64,000 bases of DNA from Chitinophagales bacterium (GCA_046329775.1 JAXLTX010000004.1:152968-216967), one strand, 5' to 3'. Shown: positions 17,393 through 27,556, numbered from the stretch's first letter. The notes: generated from the letters alone by a model not told the origin. Made by a program: numbers and translations.

Positions 17393-17400
17393 TAAATTTA
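17393..17400 (+). promoter_or_regulatory. -7-like box TAAATTTA, 4 nt upstream of the DinB ATG (17405)
   Basis: TAAATTTA-tttc-ATG. Confidence 0.45.
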
Positions 17401-17404
17401 TTTC

Positions 17405-17923
17405 ATGAGCAAACAACTTGCCGCACAATATGATGCCATACAGGCGATAAAAGACAGGTTCCTTCAAAAGACAACCGGGTTATCCCACGAGCAACTGAAT
17501 AAGATTCCTGCAAAGGGGGGCTGGAGTGCAGGACAGACCTTATATCACTGTGCCTTTGCAGAAAGCGGCACCATTCTCGTTATCAATAAGAATCTGACAG
17601 AAAACAAGGTGAAATTGAAGCGAGACTTTGTCAGCACCCTTCGAAACCTGTTTCTTGTCATTACGTTAAAATCACCTTTAAGATTCAAGGCACCGAAAGT
17701 AGTGAGTAAAGTTCCGGAGTCCATAACCCATGAGGAATTGAATGCTTTCTTTGAAAAGAATACTGCCGATTTCAGAAAGATACTAAATGAACTGCCTTCA
17801 GAGCTGGAGGATAAATTCATCTTCAAACATCCGATTGCAGGATTATTTACGATTGAACAGACATTGAATTTCACCCGTGAACATTATCTGCATCATGAGC
17901 GGCAACTGGATGCATTGCTGTAA
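17405..17923 (+). CDS. DinB superfamily protein
   Basis: 172 aa four-helix-bundle type with GGWSAGQTLYHC and C-terminal REHYLHHERQL histidines. Confidence 0.8.
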   Translation: MSKQLAAQYDAIQAIKDRFLQKTTGLSHEQLNKIPAKGGWSAGQTLYHCAFAESGTILVINKNLTENKVKLKRDFVSTLRNLFLVITLKSPLRFKAPKVVSKVPESITHEELNAFFEKNTADFRKILNELPSELEDKFIFKHPIAGLFTIEQTLNFTREHYLHHERQLDALL

Positions 17924-17927
17924 AAAT

Positions 17928-18644
17928 TCATGAAAATAAATTGTATCGGATGATACAATACAAGGCTCTAAAAGCGTCTTTCATACCGATTTTTTTCCCT
18001 TCTTCATAAGTTCTTCCGTAGTAGGAAATCCCTACCTCATACACCCTGATCTTAGGTATCTTCGACATCTTGGCGGTCACTTCCGGCTCGAACCCGAAAC
18101 GGTTTTCTTTCAAGTCGATTCCCTGTATTATTTCGCGTCGGAACATCTTATAGCATGTTTCCATGTCTGTCAGATTCAGGTTGGTAAACATATTGGAAGC
18201 AAAGGTCAGCATCTTATTCCCTATGGTATGCCAGAAAAACAAGATGCGATGGGGTCTCCCCCCCATAAAGCGACTGCCATACACCACATCGGCAAAGCCA
18301 TCCAGTATGGGTTTCACGAGAATGTTGAATTCGTTCGGATCGTATTCCATATCGGCATCCTGCACGATAACGAAATCGCCGGTAGCGCTCTGAAAACCGG
18401 TCCGAAGTGCCGCTCCCTTTCCTTTATTGACTTCATGTTTCTTGTAAACGATATTCAATTCCGGGTGCTGTAGCTGAAATTCAACGACTTTCTGTTCCGT
18501 GTCATCCTTGGAACAGTCATTTACCACAATAACCTCTTTCTGCAGATTTTGAATAAGTTGCACCTCATTGATTTTATTCAAAATATGCTGAATGGTATTT
18601 CCCTCATTATAGGCCGGAACAACAATAGATAGTTTCTTATTCAT
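17928..18644 (-). CDS. glycosyltransferase family 2, polyprenol-phosphate sugar synthase-like (Dpm1/ArnC-like)
   Basis: LSIVVPAYNEGNTI, VVNDCSKDDT, VIVQDADMEYDP and a C-terminal membrane-associated region. Start at ATG 18644 (MNKKLSIVV). Confidence 0.85.
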   Translation of the reverse strand: MNKKLSIVVPAYNEGNTIQHILNKINEVQLIQNLQKEVIVVNDCSKDDTEQKVVEFQLQHPELNIVYKKHEVNKGKGAALRTGFQSATGDFVIVQDADMEYDPNEFNILVKPILDGFADVVYGSRFMGGRPHRILFFWHTIGNKMLTFASNMFTNLNLTDMETCYKMFRREIIQGIDLKENRFGFEPEVTAKMSKIPKIRVYEVGISYYGRTYEEGKKIGMKDAFRALYCIIRYNLFS

Positions 18645-18650
18645 GCTTTG

Positions 18651-18658
18651 CAAAAATA
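18651..18658 (-). promoter_or_regulatory. -7 box TATTTTTG, 6 nt upstream of the GT2 ATG (18644)
   Basis: Minus strand reads aaaaaGCTATTTTTGCAAAgcATG. It matches the 7796 promoter at 18 of 19 positions. Confidence 0.5.
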
Positions 18659-18691
18659 GCTTTTTTACACCAATAAAAGGAAAAGGGCTCA

Positions 18692-18721
18692 ATAAAAAGA
18701 GCGTTGCTTAAATGCAACGCT
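18692..18721 (-). terminator. intrinsic terminator after the TonB-dependent receptor gene
   Basis: AGCGTTGC (18700-18707) pairs with GCAACGCT (18714-18721) around a 6-nt loop. CTTTTTATT follows on the minus strand. Confidence 0.7.
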
Positions 18722-18744
18722 GCTGTCAATCATTGAAACGTGTG

Positions 18745-21573
18745 TTATTTTTTCTTCTTTATCCATCTTTCCGCATCGGCACCTTTTCTTTCCAGATCAA
18801 ATAGCATGGAACCATACACCAGAGCACCGACTTTAGGAGAGCCGTATGCTTCTATATGTCTGTTGTTATAGATATTGGAACCTCCCACCTGTAGGGTAAA
18901 CCATCTTGGAAACTCGTAGTTTACCTGCATGTCCAGTGTATGATAGCTCGGAACGGCTCCATCACCGAAAGTGCTTTCCCAGTTGTATTTGCTCACCCAT
19001 CTGAAGTTGAGTCCAAACCCGAGTCCCTTCCAGATACGCTGGGCGCTGAGGCCTACGTTGAATTTGTGATTAGGTGTGTTAAAACCGGGAATAATGGGAT
19101 CTTTCAGGTTTTTTGTATTAATGCCGGAATAGGTATAATTGAACGAGCCGATCAGCGACTTCCAGATGTAGTAGTTCAAACCGGCAGAAGCTCCGTAGGC
19201 ATCCACCTTTTGCTGTGCATTGGTGGGCATCTGAATCAGGTTGTAAGCACCGGTCAGCATGGCATCCGCTCCGGCTTCGGTACCCACCTGTATCTCTTTA
19301 TTATCCGGCACATAAAAACGAAGATCCCCGATGAAGTTGAAATATCTGTTGAAATAAGCATTGACGTCCACGTAAAGTTTTCTGGCAATCACACCTCTGT
19401 AGCCCAGTTCCCAGGAGTTTACCTGCTCCGGTTTGATTGGATTCAGCTTAACGGGTTTCAGTAGGGTCGGATCTACCTCCAGCGTTACATTATAATTGCT
19501 TCTGAAATCTTTCACCGACTGAAAATCATATCCTTCCGCTCCGTTCAGATTGCCGAGCAATTGAATCGCTCCCAAGTCGAGTGAAATATATTGATTTTGC
19601 AGGGTGGGCGTCCGGAATGCTTGTTGATAGGAAAACCTGAAGGAATGATCCTTATAGGTTCCGATAACGGAAATTCTGGGTGAAAACTGCACCTTGAAAT
19701 TTTCTGCCTTATCAATACGTGCTGAGCCTACCAGTTTCAGATGCTTCTTGAAAAGATCTACCGTTATCTGTGTGTATCCACCGACTTCCCATGTATTCAG
19801 GTTAACGAATCTTGATTTCAAGTTCGGGGATCCATCCGCCAGCGTATCAGCCCTGTTGAGTAAGGTATCATAGAAGATGGAGCCATAAGAACGGGGGATA
19901 TACATGCGGAAAGATGATCCTACCACCCAATTGATATCGTATTTGAAGGTATGATTATAGCTTGCCTCCACATGATGCAGAGAAGATTTATCCTGGAATT
20001 TTGAGCCGGTGACGAGATTTGCATCGTCTACGATAATATTGTAGGCAGAATCAAAAGAAGCGGTTCCGGGTTGAAGATAGGCATTCTTAAAAGCCTCGGC
20101 CAATGCATACTCCCTGGAGGTCTGTACATCCGCATCTCGCGGATCATCATGAAAGGCATCCGTATACTCGGATAATTTACCAAAATAGGATTTTACGAAA
20201 TTTGAAACATATCTCGAGATACCTATCTTAGAGAGATTAATGGCACTGAATACCATGTCGTACGACTTACCAGCATTTTCCAGTGTGGTGTAGTATTTCA
20301 TCTGAAAACCTTTATAGTCCAATTGCACTTTATGCTGCTGAAACAGGATATTTTTAATATTGTATCGATTTGCGCCCTGATATACGGCACTTCCACGTCC
20401 AAATTTATACTGGTATTCAATCTGCATATCTTTTATCGGTCTTGCATATAAGGCAACATTCGCCTTGATGCTTTCCGTTTTCCCATCGGTCAGATCTTTC
20501 TCCCTGTAACCGGGTGCCTGCACATTTATGATGCCGGGAAAAGCATTTGGAAAGAAATCCAGATATGCATTCAATGCCCTGAACTGCCTTGCAATGGCAG
20601 TATCTTCGCTGTACTGCAACTTTCTGACAACGGTACTCACATTCACGTCCGTCCCTATATCTCCGTAAACATTTGCTACAGAGTCTTCCGCTATCCAGTC
20701 TTTTGCGCTGAAATAGCCTCCACTTACCTTAAATCCAAACACATCTCTTCCATATTTTTTCCTACCAAAAGCATTTGCATACCTTAGCTGTGCGTCCAGC
20801 ATTGCACGGTTGCCGCCTTTTATCTTCACCTGAAGATTCTTATAATCAAACGGATTTTTTGTCTGCATACTCACAATGCCCTGAAAAGCGTTGGCGCCAT
20901 ACAATGCAGATGAAGCACCGGAAATGATCTCCACACTTTCCAGATCAAGATCGTTTGCACCGACCAAATTCCCTACCGGGAAATTCAAGCCCGGAGCCTG
21001 ATTATCCATACCATCAATAAACTGTACAACTCTTACTGGTGCCGTTGTATTGAATCCACGGGTATTAAAGACCTGAAATCCCATACTTGAAGTGGTGATG
21101 TCCACCTCTTTCAGGTTCCCCAATCCCTGATAAAAGTTTCCGGATGCCACTGTCTGTATCTGTTTGGCATTCAGTTTCTGGATAGATGATGGTGAAGTCT
21201 GAATGCGTTCACTCAATCGGGAAGCGGAAATCACCACATCATTGCTGACCCTCAGTTCCTGCGCTTCGAGCGCGGTTTCTATGGACTGATTTGCATCCGT
21301 AACATTTATTTCCTGATCTGCAAATCCAAGATATGTGACAAGCAGTACCACCGGCAGCTTCACATCGGCTTTAATCTCAAACTTCCCATCCATATCCGTA
21401 ACGGCACCAAAATTGGTACCCTTAATCTGTACATTTGCGCCAATCAGCGCCTCTTTGCTTGCCTTGTCTGTAATCTTTCCTTTCAGCGTAATTTCCTGGG
21501 CACTAGCAGTAAGTACTGAAAACAAGCACAGGAGTATTGAAAATAATTTAACTAAATTACCGGTAGCGTTCAT
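18745..21573 (-). CDS. TonB-dependent receptor with N-terminal carboxypeptidase-regulatory-like domain
   Basis: 942 aa: signal peptide, then ITLKGKITDKASKEALIGANVQIKGTNFGAVTDMDGKFEI (CarboxypepD_reg), a plug region (IEIISGASSALYGANAFQGIV) and a long beta-barrel. Confidence 0.9.
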   Translation of the reverse strand: MNATGNLVKLFSILLCLFSVLTASAQEITLKGKITDKASKEALIGANVQIKGTNFGAVTDMDGKFEIKADVKLPVVLLVTYLGFADQEINVTDANQSIETALEAQELRVSNDVVISASRLSERIQTSPSSIQKLNAKQIQTVASGNFYQGLGNLKEVDITTSSMGFQVFNTRGFNTTAPVRVVQFIDGMDNQAPGLNFPVGNLVGANDLDLESVEIISGASSALYGANAFQGIVSMQTKNPFDYKNLQVKIKGGNRAMLDAQLRYANAFGRKKYGRDVFGFKVSGGYFSAKDWIAEDSVANVYGDIGTDVNVSTVVRKLQYSEDTAIARQFRALNAYLDFFPNAFPGIINVQAPGYREKDLTDGKTESIKANVALYARPIKDMQIEYQYKFGRGSAVYQGANRYNIKNILFQQHKVQLDYKGFQMKYYTTLENAGKSYDMVFSAINLSKIGISRYVSNFVKSYFGKLSEYTDAFHDDPRDADVQTSREYALAEAFKNAYLQPGTASFDSAYNIIVDDANLVTGSKFQDKSSLHHVEASYNHTFKYDINWVVGSSFRMYIPRSYGSIFYDTLLNRADTLADGSPNLKSRFVNLNTWEVGGYTQITVDLFKKHLKLVGSARIDKAENFKVQFSPRISVIGTYKDHSFRFSYQQAFRTPTLQNQYISLDLGAIQLLGNLNGAEGYDFQSVKDFRSNYNVTLEVDPTLLKPVKLNPIKPEQVNSWELGYRGVIARKLYVDVNAYFNRYFNFIGDLRFYVPDNKEIQVGTEAGADAMLTGAYNLIQMPTNAQQKVDAYGASAGLNYYIWKSLIGSFNYTYSGINTKNLKDPIIPGFNTPNHKFNVGLSAQRIWKGLGFGLNFRWVSKYNWESTFGDGAVPSYHTLDMQVNYEFPRWFTLQVGGSNIYNNRHIEAYGSPKVGALVYGSMLFDLERKGADAERWIKKKK

Positions 21574-21603
21574 CTGGAGAAATTTATGGTTAGGATTACT
21601 TGA

Positions 21604-24534
21604 TTAGTTTATGGTAAATGGTTTCATTACTCTCTGCTCAGCATCTTTTATGTCAATCATTTCAAGGACGTACTGCCCCTTTGCCAGTTCCTTCAGATTG
21701 AAGACATGCTGATCGGTAATTTCTGTGCTCATTATTTTTTCGCCGATGGTATTGTAGATATTGGCTAAATATTTCCCGTTTCTGTTCACAAATACGGAAA
21801 ACTGTCCATCGCTCGGGTTGGGAAACAGACTTACCTCCCAGTTTGCCTTGACAGCATTCGGTTTCTTTATCGCTGTAACCAGGGACGTACTTCCAAATAC
21901 CGGCAGCTCTATGTGAGTGGGATACTGATCGGAAAAGGCGATACGCTGCACGGATATTCGGGGAGCATATTCAACACCATTGTACATATAGGTACGCCCG
22001 TCCGCCGGTTTTCTTCTGAAAAACTCATTGGGCATAATCGGCACATTGGCACATGCCTGAAAGCGCGGATAATTACTGCTTGATATCAGCACCTTGATTT
22101 TATGTCCCTGTGCAAAGGTATAGGCAATCGGATATCCCTGAAAATAGTATTCATAAATCTTACCGATATCGATGTTGCTGAAAGGTGCGTTATCGTTTTC
22201 TGCTCCAACGGCAATAGATTTTGCAAATTCTCTGGCTCTGGCATTCACGGCTCCTTCTACCACAAAAAACTCTTTACCATCCGGATAGACATCCAGAATG
22301 CGCACAAAGAAATCACAATCTGTCGGGCCGGAGGCGGTATTTCCCGGATTTGATTTTGCATACAGTTTATATTTTGGGAATCCGACAATGGATATTGAAT
22401 CCGGCAGCACATCGGTTTCAAATTTCACCACACCTTCTCTGTCCATGGTGTATCTGGCAAAGTTAGGATCTGCAAGATTCATCTGCCCCTGACTCTCTCG
22501 GTCACCTTGCGGGGTTTGTTCAATCATGTTTCCTCCACCAACAGTGATAATGGGATCATCCGGATTATGAACATAGGTTTTATAGCCTTCATCTGCCGTT
22601 GGTTTTACAAAGTTCAGTTTGCCGTTCTGATGCAGGTAGAGATCGTGCCATTGAATGTCATTTGGCGGAAACACTTCTGAACCCATCCAGTAATTTCCGG
22701 CATAGGAAACGGTACCGTCATCACTGGATGCGCCGGTAACATAGTATCGGATACTTGGGATGGTTGTATAATCATACTTAGGTATGCCCGTAAATCTGCC
22801 GTCGGTACCGAATCCCTGCAGGATTGGACCCAGATCCGGCAAATCCAACTTGAAAGGTATCACAAGGCCGCCACCTATCCTGACTTCCACCGGCACCTGT
22901 TTAAGACTCTCTTCACCCAGGATAAAATTTAACAGATCTGCAAATTGAATCTTATAATCTTCCGCCGGGAAACGGACTTCCAGTTGCGGGAGTTGCGGCA
23001 ATGGTTTTTGCCAGGTCGTTGTTTTGGGAATTAACACTTTAGGTTCACCGACTTTATTGTATCCATTGTAATTCAGATTATACCTAAACCAGCTGATTAA
23101 TTCTGATTTTGCGATATCTGCGATGTTGATACTTCCACCTCCGCCGATATTTGCTATGTCAATCTTTGTAATATCCGTAACATTTTTCGGGTAAACCTTA
23201 TCTCCCGTTTTGGTAGACGCAATTGTCTGATGCGCCCAGGGTCCGATGATAATCTTCTGTAAGTTCTTCTTTTGCGTGATGTTATCCTGAATGAATTTGT
23301 GGGTTTCCATAGAGCCATCCACAAAAATATCCCACCAGCCGGCCACATGAAAGGTAGGCACTTCAATGTTTCTATACCGCGAATAGGCTCCATCTTTCTG
23401 GCCTTCTCCGTTAATATCAACCGGAGCCTTGCTGGCATCCATATCACTCCTTCCAATAGAGTTCGGGTAATAACCTGCAGGGCTGTTTTCATATCTGACT
23501 GTAACAAAATGGTCGATGGCTTTATTGGCTGCTTCAAATTTATCCGCCGTGTTATAATCTTTCGATGAGTGGATAGCATCGTTCAGTCCCGTATCGATCG
23601 CCATATCTTCGTCTCTGGTATCTTTGATCTGCCCGCGCAACCAGCCTGTCACCAGCCCATCCCGCAGGCAGCCATTCTGATAGCCGGTACTCTTATAAAA
23701 CTCCAGCGGACCAACAATCGGGAACATTGATTTTAGTCCGGGTTGGGTTGGGTCAATTTTGTGGGCGGCGGCAGCCTGGAGCTGATTGTATCCCAGTGCA
23801 GAGGCGCCGAAACTCCCGATAGAGCCATTGTAAACCAGATCCGTGGTTTCATAGATACCGTCTCTGTTTAAATCATATTTTCTCACCAGTTGATTCTTCA
23901 CAAATTCAAGTGTATTATATCCATCTTCATGATTGTTTCCATTACGTGGATCTGTAGGAGAGGTAATATCAAGTACATGCGTATAACTGTGATAAGCCCA
24001 TTTTTTCCAACTATCAGAGTACAAGGGTAAATAAGCCCCTTGAGAAGTGTAACGTCCGCGCATGTCCTGCACAGCGCCGGCATAACCCAAGAGCGCCATG
24101 GCGGCACCTTCGATGGAACCTCTCTTATTATAAGGCGTTCGCTCCATAATCAGAGGCAGCTGATAAGGATTGGGATTCACCGTTCCGTTTATGGAATCAT
24201 AGATGAGGTATTGTGACCCTTTCTGCAATAAGACCGCATAGATTGGAATTCTGATGGGAGGAAATGGAGCCGGAAGCAGACTGAATGTAATGGTATCATT
24301 ATATACAAAACTATCCTGAAGGATGGGCAGATAAATATCTGTCATGAGCTTGGTTCCATCTGGCATGGTGAATGGTACCTGTGTGCGTGTGGCAAAGTCG
24401 CTTAAATCATCCAGCGTTCCGTTTATTTTACTGCCGGGAATTTCTACCGCACCGGGCGTGGGAAAATATTTTGTTTGAGAAAACATGATGTTTACAATGA
24501 AAATTGCAAACAAAAGGCATATAGTTTTTTTCAT
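21604..24534 (-). CDS. CocE/NonD (X-Pro dipeptidyl-peptidase S15) family hydrolase with a T9SS C-terminal sorting domain
   Basis: 976 aa with a signal peptide, ERTPYNKRG and the nucleophile region GSFGASALGYNQ. The last ~80 aa (VSLFPNPSDGQFSV...GQYVLEMID...KPFTIN) look like a Por/T9SS CTD. Confidence 0.85.
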   Translation of the reverse strand: MKKTICLLFAIFIVNIMFSQTKYFPTPGAVEIPGSKINGTLDDLSDFATRTQVPFTMPDGTKLMTDIYLPILQDSFVYNDTITFSLLPAPFPPIRIPIYAVLLQKGSQYLIYDSINGTVNPNPYQLPLIMERTPYNKRGSIEGAAMALLGYAGAVQDMRGRYTSQGAYLPLYSDSWKKWAYHSYTHVLDITSPTDPRNGNNHEDGYNTLEFVKNQLVRKYDLNRDGIYETTDLVYNGSIGSFGASALGYNQLQAAAAHKIDPTQPGLKSMFPIVGPLEFYKSTGYQNGCLRDGLVTGWLRGQIKDTRDEDMAIDTGLNDAIHSSKDYNTADKFEAANKAIDHFVTVRYENSPAGYYPNSIGRSDMDASKAPVDINGEGQKDGAYSRYRNIEVPTFHVAGWWDIFVDGSMETHKFIQDNITQKKNLQKIIIGPWAHQTIASTKTGDKVYPKNVTDITKIDIANIGGGGSINIADIAKSELISWFRYNLNYNGYNKVGEPKVLIPKTTTWQKPLPQLPQLEVRFPAEDYKIQFADLLNFILGEESLKQVPVEVRIGGGLVIPFKLDLPDLGPILQGFGTDGRFTGIPKYDYTTIPSIRYYVTGASSDDGTVSYAGNYWMGSEVFPPNDIQWHDLYLHQNGKLNFVKPTADEGYKTYVHNPDDPIITVGGGNMIEQTPQGDRESQGQMNLADPNFARYTMDREGVVKFETDVLPDSISIVGFPKYKLYAKSNPGNTASGPTDCDFFVRILDVYPDGKEFFVVEGAVNARAREFAKSIAVGAENDNAPFSNIDIGKIYEYYFQGYPIAYTFAQGHKIKVLISSSNYPRFQACANVPIMPNEFFRRKPADGRTYMYNGVEYAPRISVQRIAFSDQYPTHIELPVFGSTSLVTAIKKPNAVKANWEVSLFPNPSDGQFSVFVNRNGKYLANIYNTIGEKIMSTEITDQHVFNLKELAKGQYVLEMIDIKDAEQRVMKPFTIN

Positions 24535-24634
24535 ATTACATAGTTTTCACACTAAATTTACATTAATTATTCAATTTGTTAAAGAATGTTAAGGATTTTT
24601 TTTGAACTTGCCGGCGTTACTTTATACGATACAT

Positions 24635-25393
24635 ATGGAAGCCATCTTACAGGATATTACAATACAGCAGGCGATACTAATTGTCCTAAATCTAATCATC
24701 ATTGAAAGCTTATTATCGGTTGACAATGCCGCTGTTCTGGCTACCATGGTAATGGATTTACCTAAAGAACAAAGGAACAAGGCATTAAAATACGGGATTC
24801 TGGGGGCTTATATTTTCAGAGGCATCTGTCTGGTACTGGCCACCTGGCTGGTTAAAATCTGGTGGCTCAAGCCATTGGGCGGCGTCTATCTTATCTATTT
24901 GTTCATCGATTATTTCCTGACCAAATCCACGCCAAAGAAAGAAGACGATCTGCTGAACAAGGAAGAAAACGTCATCTACAAATACACCATCGGTCTATTC
25001 GGGAAATTCTGGTCAACGGTAATTCTGGTGGAAATCATGGACTTGGCCTTTTCCATTGACAATGTCTTTGCCGCCGTTGCCTTTACGGATAATATCTATC
25101 TGATCTGGACGGGTGTATTTATCGGTATTTTAGCCATGCGTTTCGTGGCTCAGAGTTTTGTACACCTGATGGAGAAATACAGATTTCTGGAAACATCCGC
25201 TTTTGTGGTAATTGGTGTTCTGGGGATAAAACTCTTACTCTCCCTCCCTGCTCATTTTTTACAGGAGCATGTCGTATTTAAATTTATCGAGAGCGAACGT
25301 TTTGATTTGTATATTTCGATTACCACCGTAGCCATTTTTGCTGTACCAATCATCACCTCTTATCTTTTCAACGTCCCCAAGCGAAGCAAGTGA
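24635..25393 (+). CDS. TerC family integral membrane protein
   Basis: Duplicated SVDNAAVLATMV and LAFSIDNVFAAVAF motifs. Start placed at ATG 24635 (track: TTG 24602). Confidence 0.85.
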   Translation: MEAILQDITIQQAILIVLNLIIIESLLSVDNAAVLATMVMDLPKEQRNKALKYGILGAYIFRGICLVLATWLVKIWWLKPLGGVYLIYLFIDYFLTKSTPKKEDDLLNKEENVIYKYTIGLFGKFWSTVILVEIMDLAFSIDNVFAAVAFTDNIYLIWTGVFIGILAMRFVAQSFVHLMEKYRFLETSAFVVIGVLGIKLLLSLPAHFLQEHVVFKFIESERFDLYISITTVAIFAVPIITSYLFNVPKRSK

Positions 25394-25406
25394 AACAACT
25401 GCAGCG

Positions 25407-26759
25407 TCATAAGGACTTCTTTAATGCATCAAATTCACGATAATACCCTTTTATGATCTCATCCGGATCGTTTACCAGATTTACGTCAGTCACCACACCT
25501 AAACACACCTTGTTGTTATAACTGATAATACTTACACCGATACCAAGAGGACTGGTCTGCGGCACCCAGAACATGATGTCTCTTACTTTTGCACCGGCCA
25601 TGTAAATGACATTTCTTGGTCCGGGAACATTCGTAACAACTCCTGCTATCTGGGTTCCTATAAAATCTGAGAACTTTTGTTCCAGCGGAGTTGGAATAAC
25701 ATCTGCCAGTATGTTCAACAGATTATAAATCAGCACCGGTTCAATAGAATGCTTCAGCAGTTCCGTTTTTTCTCTGATGTATGCAATTCTCTTTGAACTT
25801 TCTCTTATATGCACCGGCAATTCTATCGACATCATACCTATTTTATTATGAACCCTTATCTGTTCGTCCTTTTTTCGGATATTAACAGGTACCACTACCC
25901 TTATGCATTTATCCAGTGCTTGCTTGTGCCTTATCAGATGCCTGCGCAATGCACCGGTAATCAATGCCAGCAATATATCATTGACTGTGGCATTGTGCCG
26001 CTTCCCTATTTTCTTTATCACATCCAGAGGCAATGGCTCAGACCATGCTGTCTTTTTAGAATATCCGAGTTTCCCTTTATAAATGGTATCCTGAACGGAC
26101 TCCCCAAAGAACAAGCGGCCTAATTCTTTTGTAATATCCCAGGATTCGATGAGTGCGTCTTTAAGGTGTCCGGGATTTTTCAGCAATTCCTGTGCTTCGC
26201 GATAGATATCTTTTCCAGTGTGCAGCAACTGGTCAATATCTTTTTTAAAACTGTGTTGTTCTTTCATCGGCACTTCATCCGGCATATCCATGTTCAGTGA
26301 TTCTGCTCTGGTGGAGCCTGTCAGCGAAAACACTACTTTTACCAGGGCAATTCCGTCTGCAATGGCATGATGCAAACGCCAAACCACTACGCTGCCGCCA
26401 TTGTAATTGTCAATCAGATGCACCTGCCACAAAGGCTTGCTTTCATCCAACGGCTGGCTGATTAAATCACTGATTACTTCCTGCAGCATCTTGTAATCAC
26501 CCTGTTCCGGCAATGCTATATGATGTATGTGTGAAGCCAGATTAAAGGTTTCATCCACATGCCACATTGGCTTTTTATTTTTCAGGATAACCCTCTTGTG
26601 AAATCGCTCGAATTTGAGTAACCGTGACTTGATGATATCCGTTAATTTATGGACGGAAAGTGGTTTGTCGAATGTCATCATCCCCGTTATCGTCACCAGA
26701 CTATTCGGCATATTGACATCCCACATCATATGGTCTATTTTGCGAAGCGGCTTGTCCAT
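25407..26759 (-). CDS. wax ester synthase/diacylglycerol acyltransferase (WS/DGAT) family protein
   Basis: About 450 aa with the catalytic HHAIADGIAL (HHxxxDG) motif and a C-terminal NVPGP motif. Start at ATG 26759. Confidence 0.85.
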   Translation of the reverse strand: MDKPLRKIDHMMWDVNMPNSLVTITGMMTFDKPLSVHKLTDIIKSRLLKFERFHKRVILKNKKPMWHVDETFNLASHIHHIALPEQGDYKMLQEVISDLISQPLDESKPLWQVHLIDNYNGGSVVVWRLHHAIADGIALVKVVFSLTGSTRAESLNMDMPDEVPMKEQHSFKKDIDQLLHTGKDIYREAQELLKNPGHLKDALIESWDITKELGRLFFGESVQDTIYKGKLGYSKKTAWSEPLPLDVIKKIGKRHNATVNDILLALITGALRRHLIRHKQALDKCIRVVVPVNIRKKDEQIRVHNKIGMMSIELPVHIRESSKRIAYIREKTELLKHSIEPVLIYNLLNILADVIPTPLEQKFSDFIGTQIAGVVTNVPGPRNVIYMAGAKVRDIMFWVPQTSPLGIGVSIISYNNKVCLGVVTDVNLVNDPDEIIKGYYREFDALKKSL

Positions 26760-26845
26760 AGTCAATTGATTTGCTGCAATTTAGTACAGATCATCCGGAT
26801 ATGCTATGATAAAAATCAGGTATAATCCCTGCGAGAAGTGGTATA

Positions 26846-27499
26846 TTACTTCTTCAATCTGTCTTTAAATACTTTCTCGAATTTTTCTACTTTTGGCTGG
26901 ATGACATAACGGCAATAACCTTCCCCGCTGTTTTCATTGTAGTAATTCTGATGATAGTCTTCCGCTTTGTAAAATACATCAAACTTTGTCACCTCCGTAA
27001 CGATTGGGGATGGATATGCGTGGGCCTTGTTCAAGGCTGAGATGATTTCCTCTGCTGCATTCTTCTGCTCCTCATTATGATAAAATACAGCTGAGCGATA
27101 TTGCGTCCCCACATCATTTCCCTGACGATTCAGGGTTGTCGGGTCGTGCATGGTGAAAAATATTTTGAGCAATTCCGCGAACGATACCTTTGTCGTATCA
27201 AAAGAGATCTGAATCACTTCCGCATGCCCTGTTGCTCCCGTACAGACTTCTCTGTATGTAGGATTTTTGACTTGTCCGCCAGAGAATCCTGACTCCACTT
27301 TCTCTACACCATCCAGTCGCTGAAAGATGGCTTCCATACACCAGTAACAACCACCGCCAAAGGTGGCAACTTCCAGATTTGCATTCATATATTTATTTTG
27401 TTTGTGAGATGACTGTTTCTTTTTATCTTTTACTGCGGGCTGTGCCTGATTGCAGGCAATAAAAGAAAAGACAGACAACACGGTGATGATGAATTTCAT
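26846..27499 (-). CDS. msrA: peptide-methionine (S)-S-oxide reductase MsrA, with lipoprotein-type signal
   Basis: GGGCYWCMEAIF active site. Start at ATG 27499 (MKFIITVLSVFSFIACNQ). Confidence 0.93.
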   Translation of the reverse strand: MKFIITVLSVFSFIACNQAQPAVKDKKKQSSHKQNKYMNANLEVATFGGGCYWCMEAIFQRLDGVEKVESGFSGGQVKNPTYREVCTGATGHAEVIQISFDTTKVSFAELLKIFFTMHDPTTLNRQGNDVGTQYRSAVFYHNEEQKNAAEEIISALNKAHAYPSPIVTEVTKFDVFYKAEDYHQNYYNENSGEGYCRYVIQPKVEKFEKVFKDRLKK

Positions 27500-27556
27500 A
27501 TTATTCCTTGAATAGTGTAAACAACGGACCTTCACAAAAGTTTTGACTGGGTGCAA

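Noticed and set aside
16160-17467. Long N-terminal extensions given by the ORF track (VWA to 17467, GT2 to 18692, msrA to 27556, STAS to 58172, pdxA from 12331, LD-carboxypeptidase from 5389)
   Set aside because: The extensions overlap neighbouring genes or promoters and lack homology-type sequence. Internal ATGs coincide with family N-termini and, in several cases, with a -7 box 4-6 nt upstream.
24535-24634. Looked for a yybP-ykoY (Mn2+) riboswitch upstream of the TerC-family gene
   Set aside because: I could not find the conserved four-way-junction sequence blocks by eye. The region is short and AT-rich. A covariance-model scan would be needed to be definitive.
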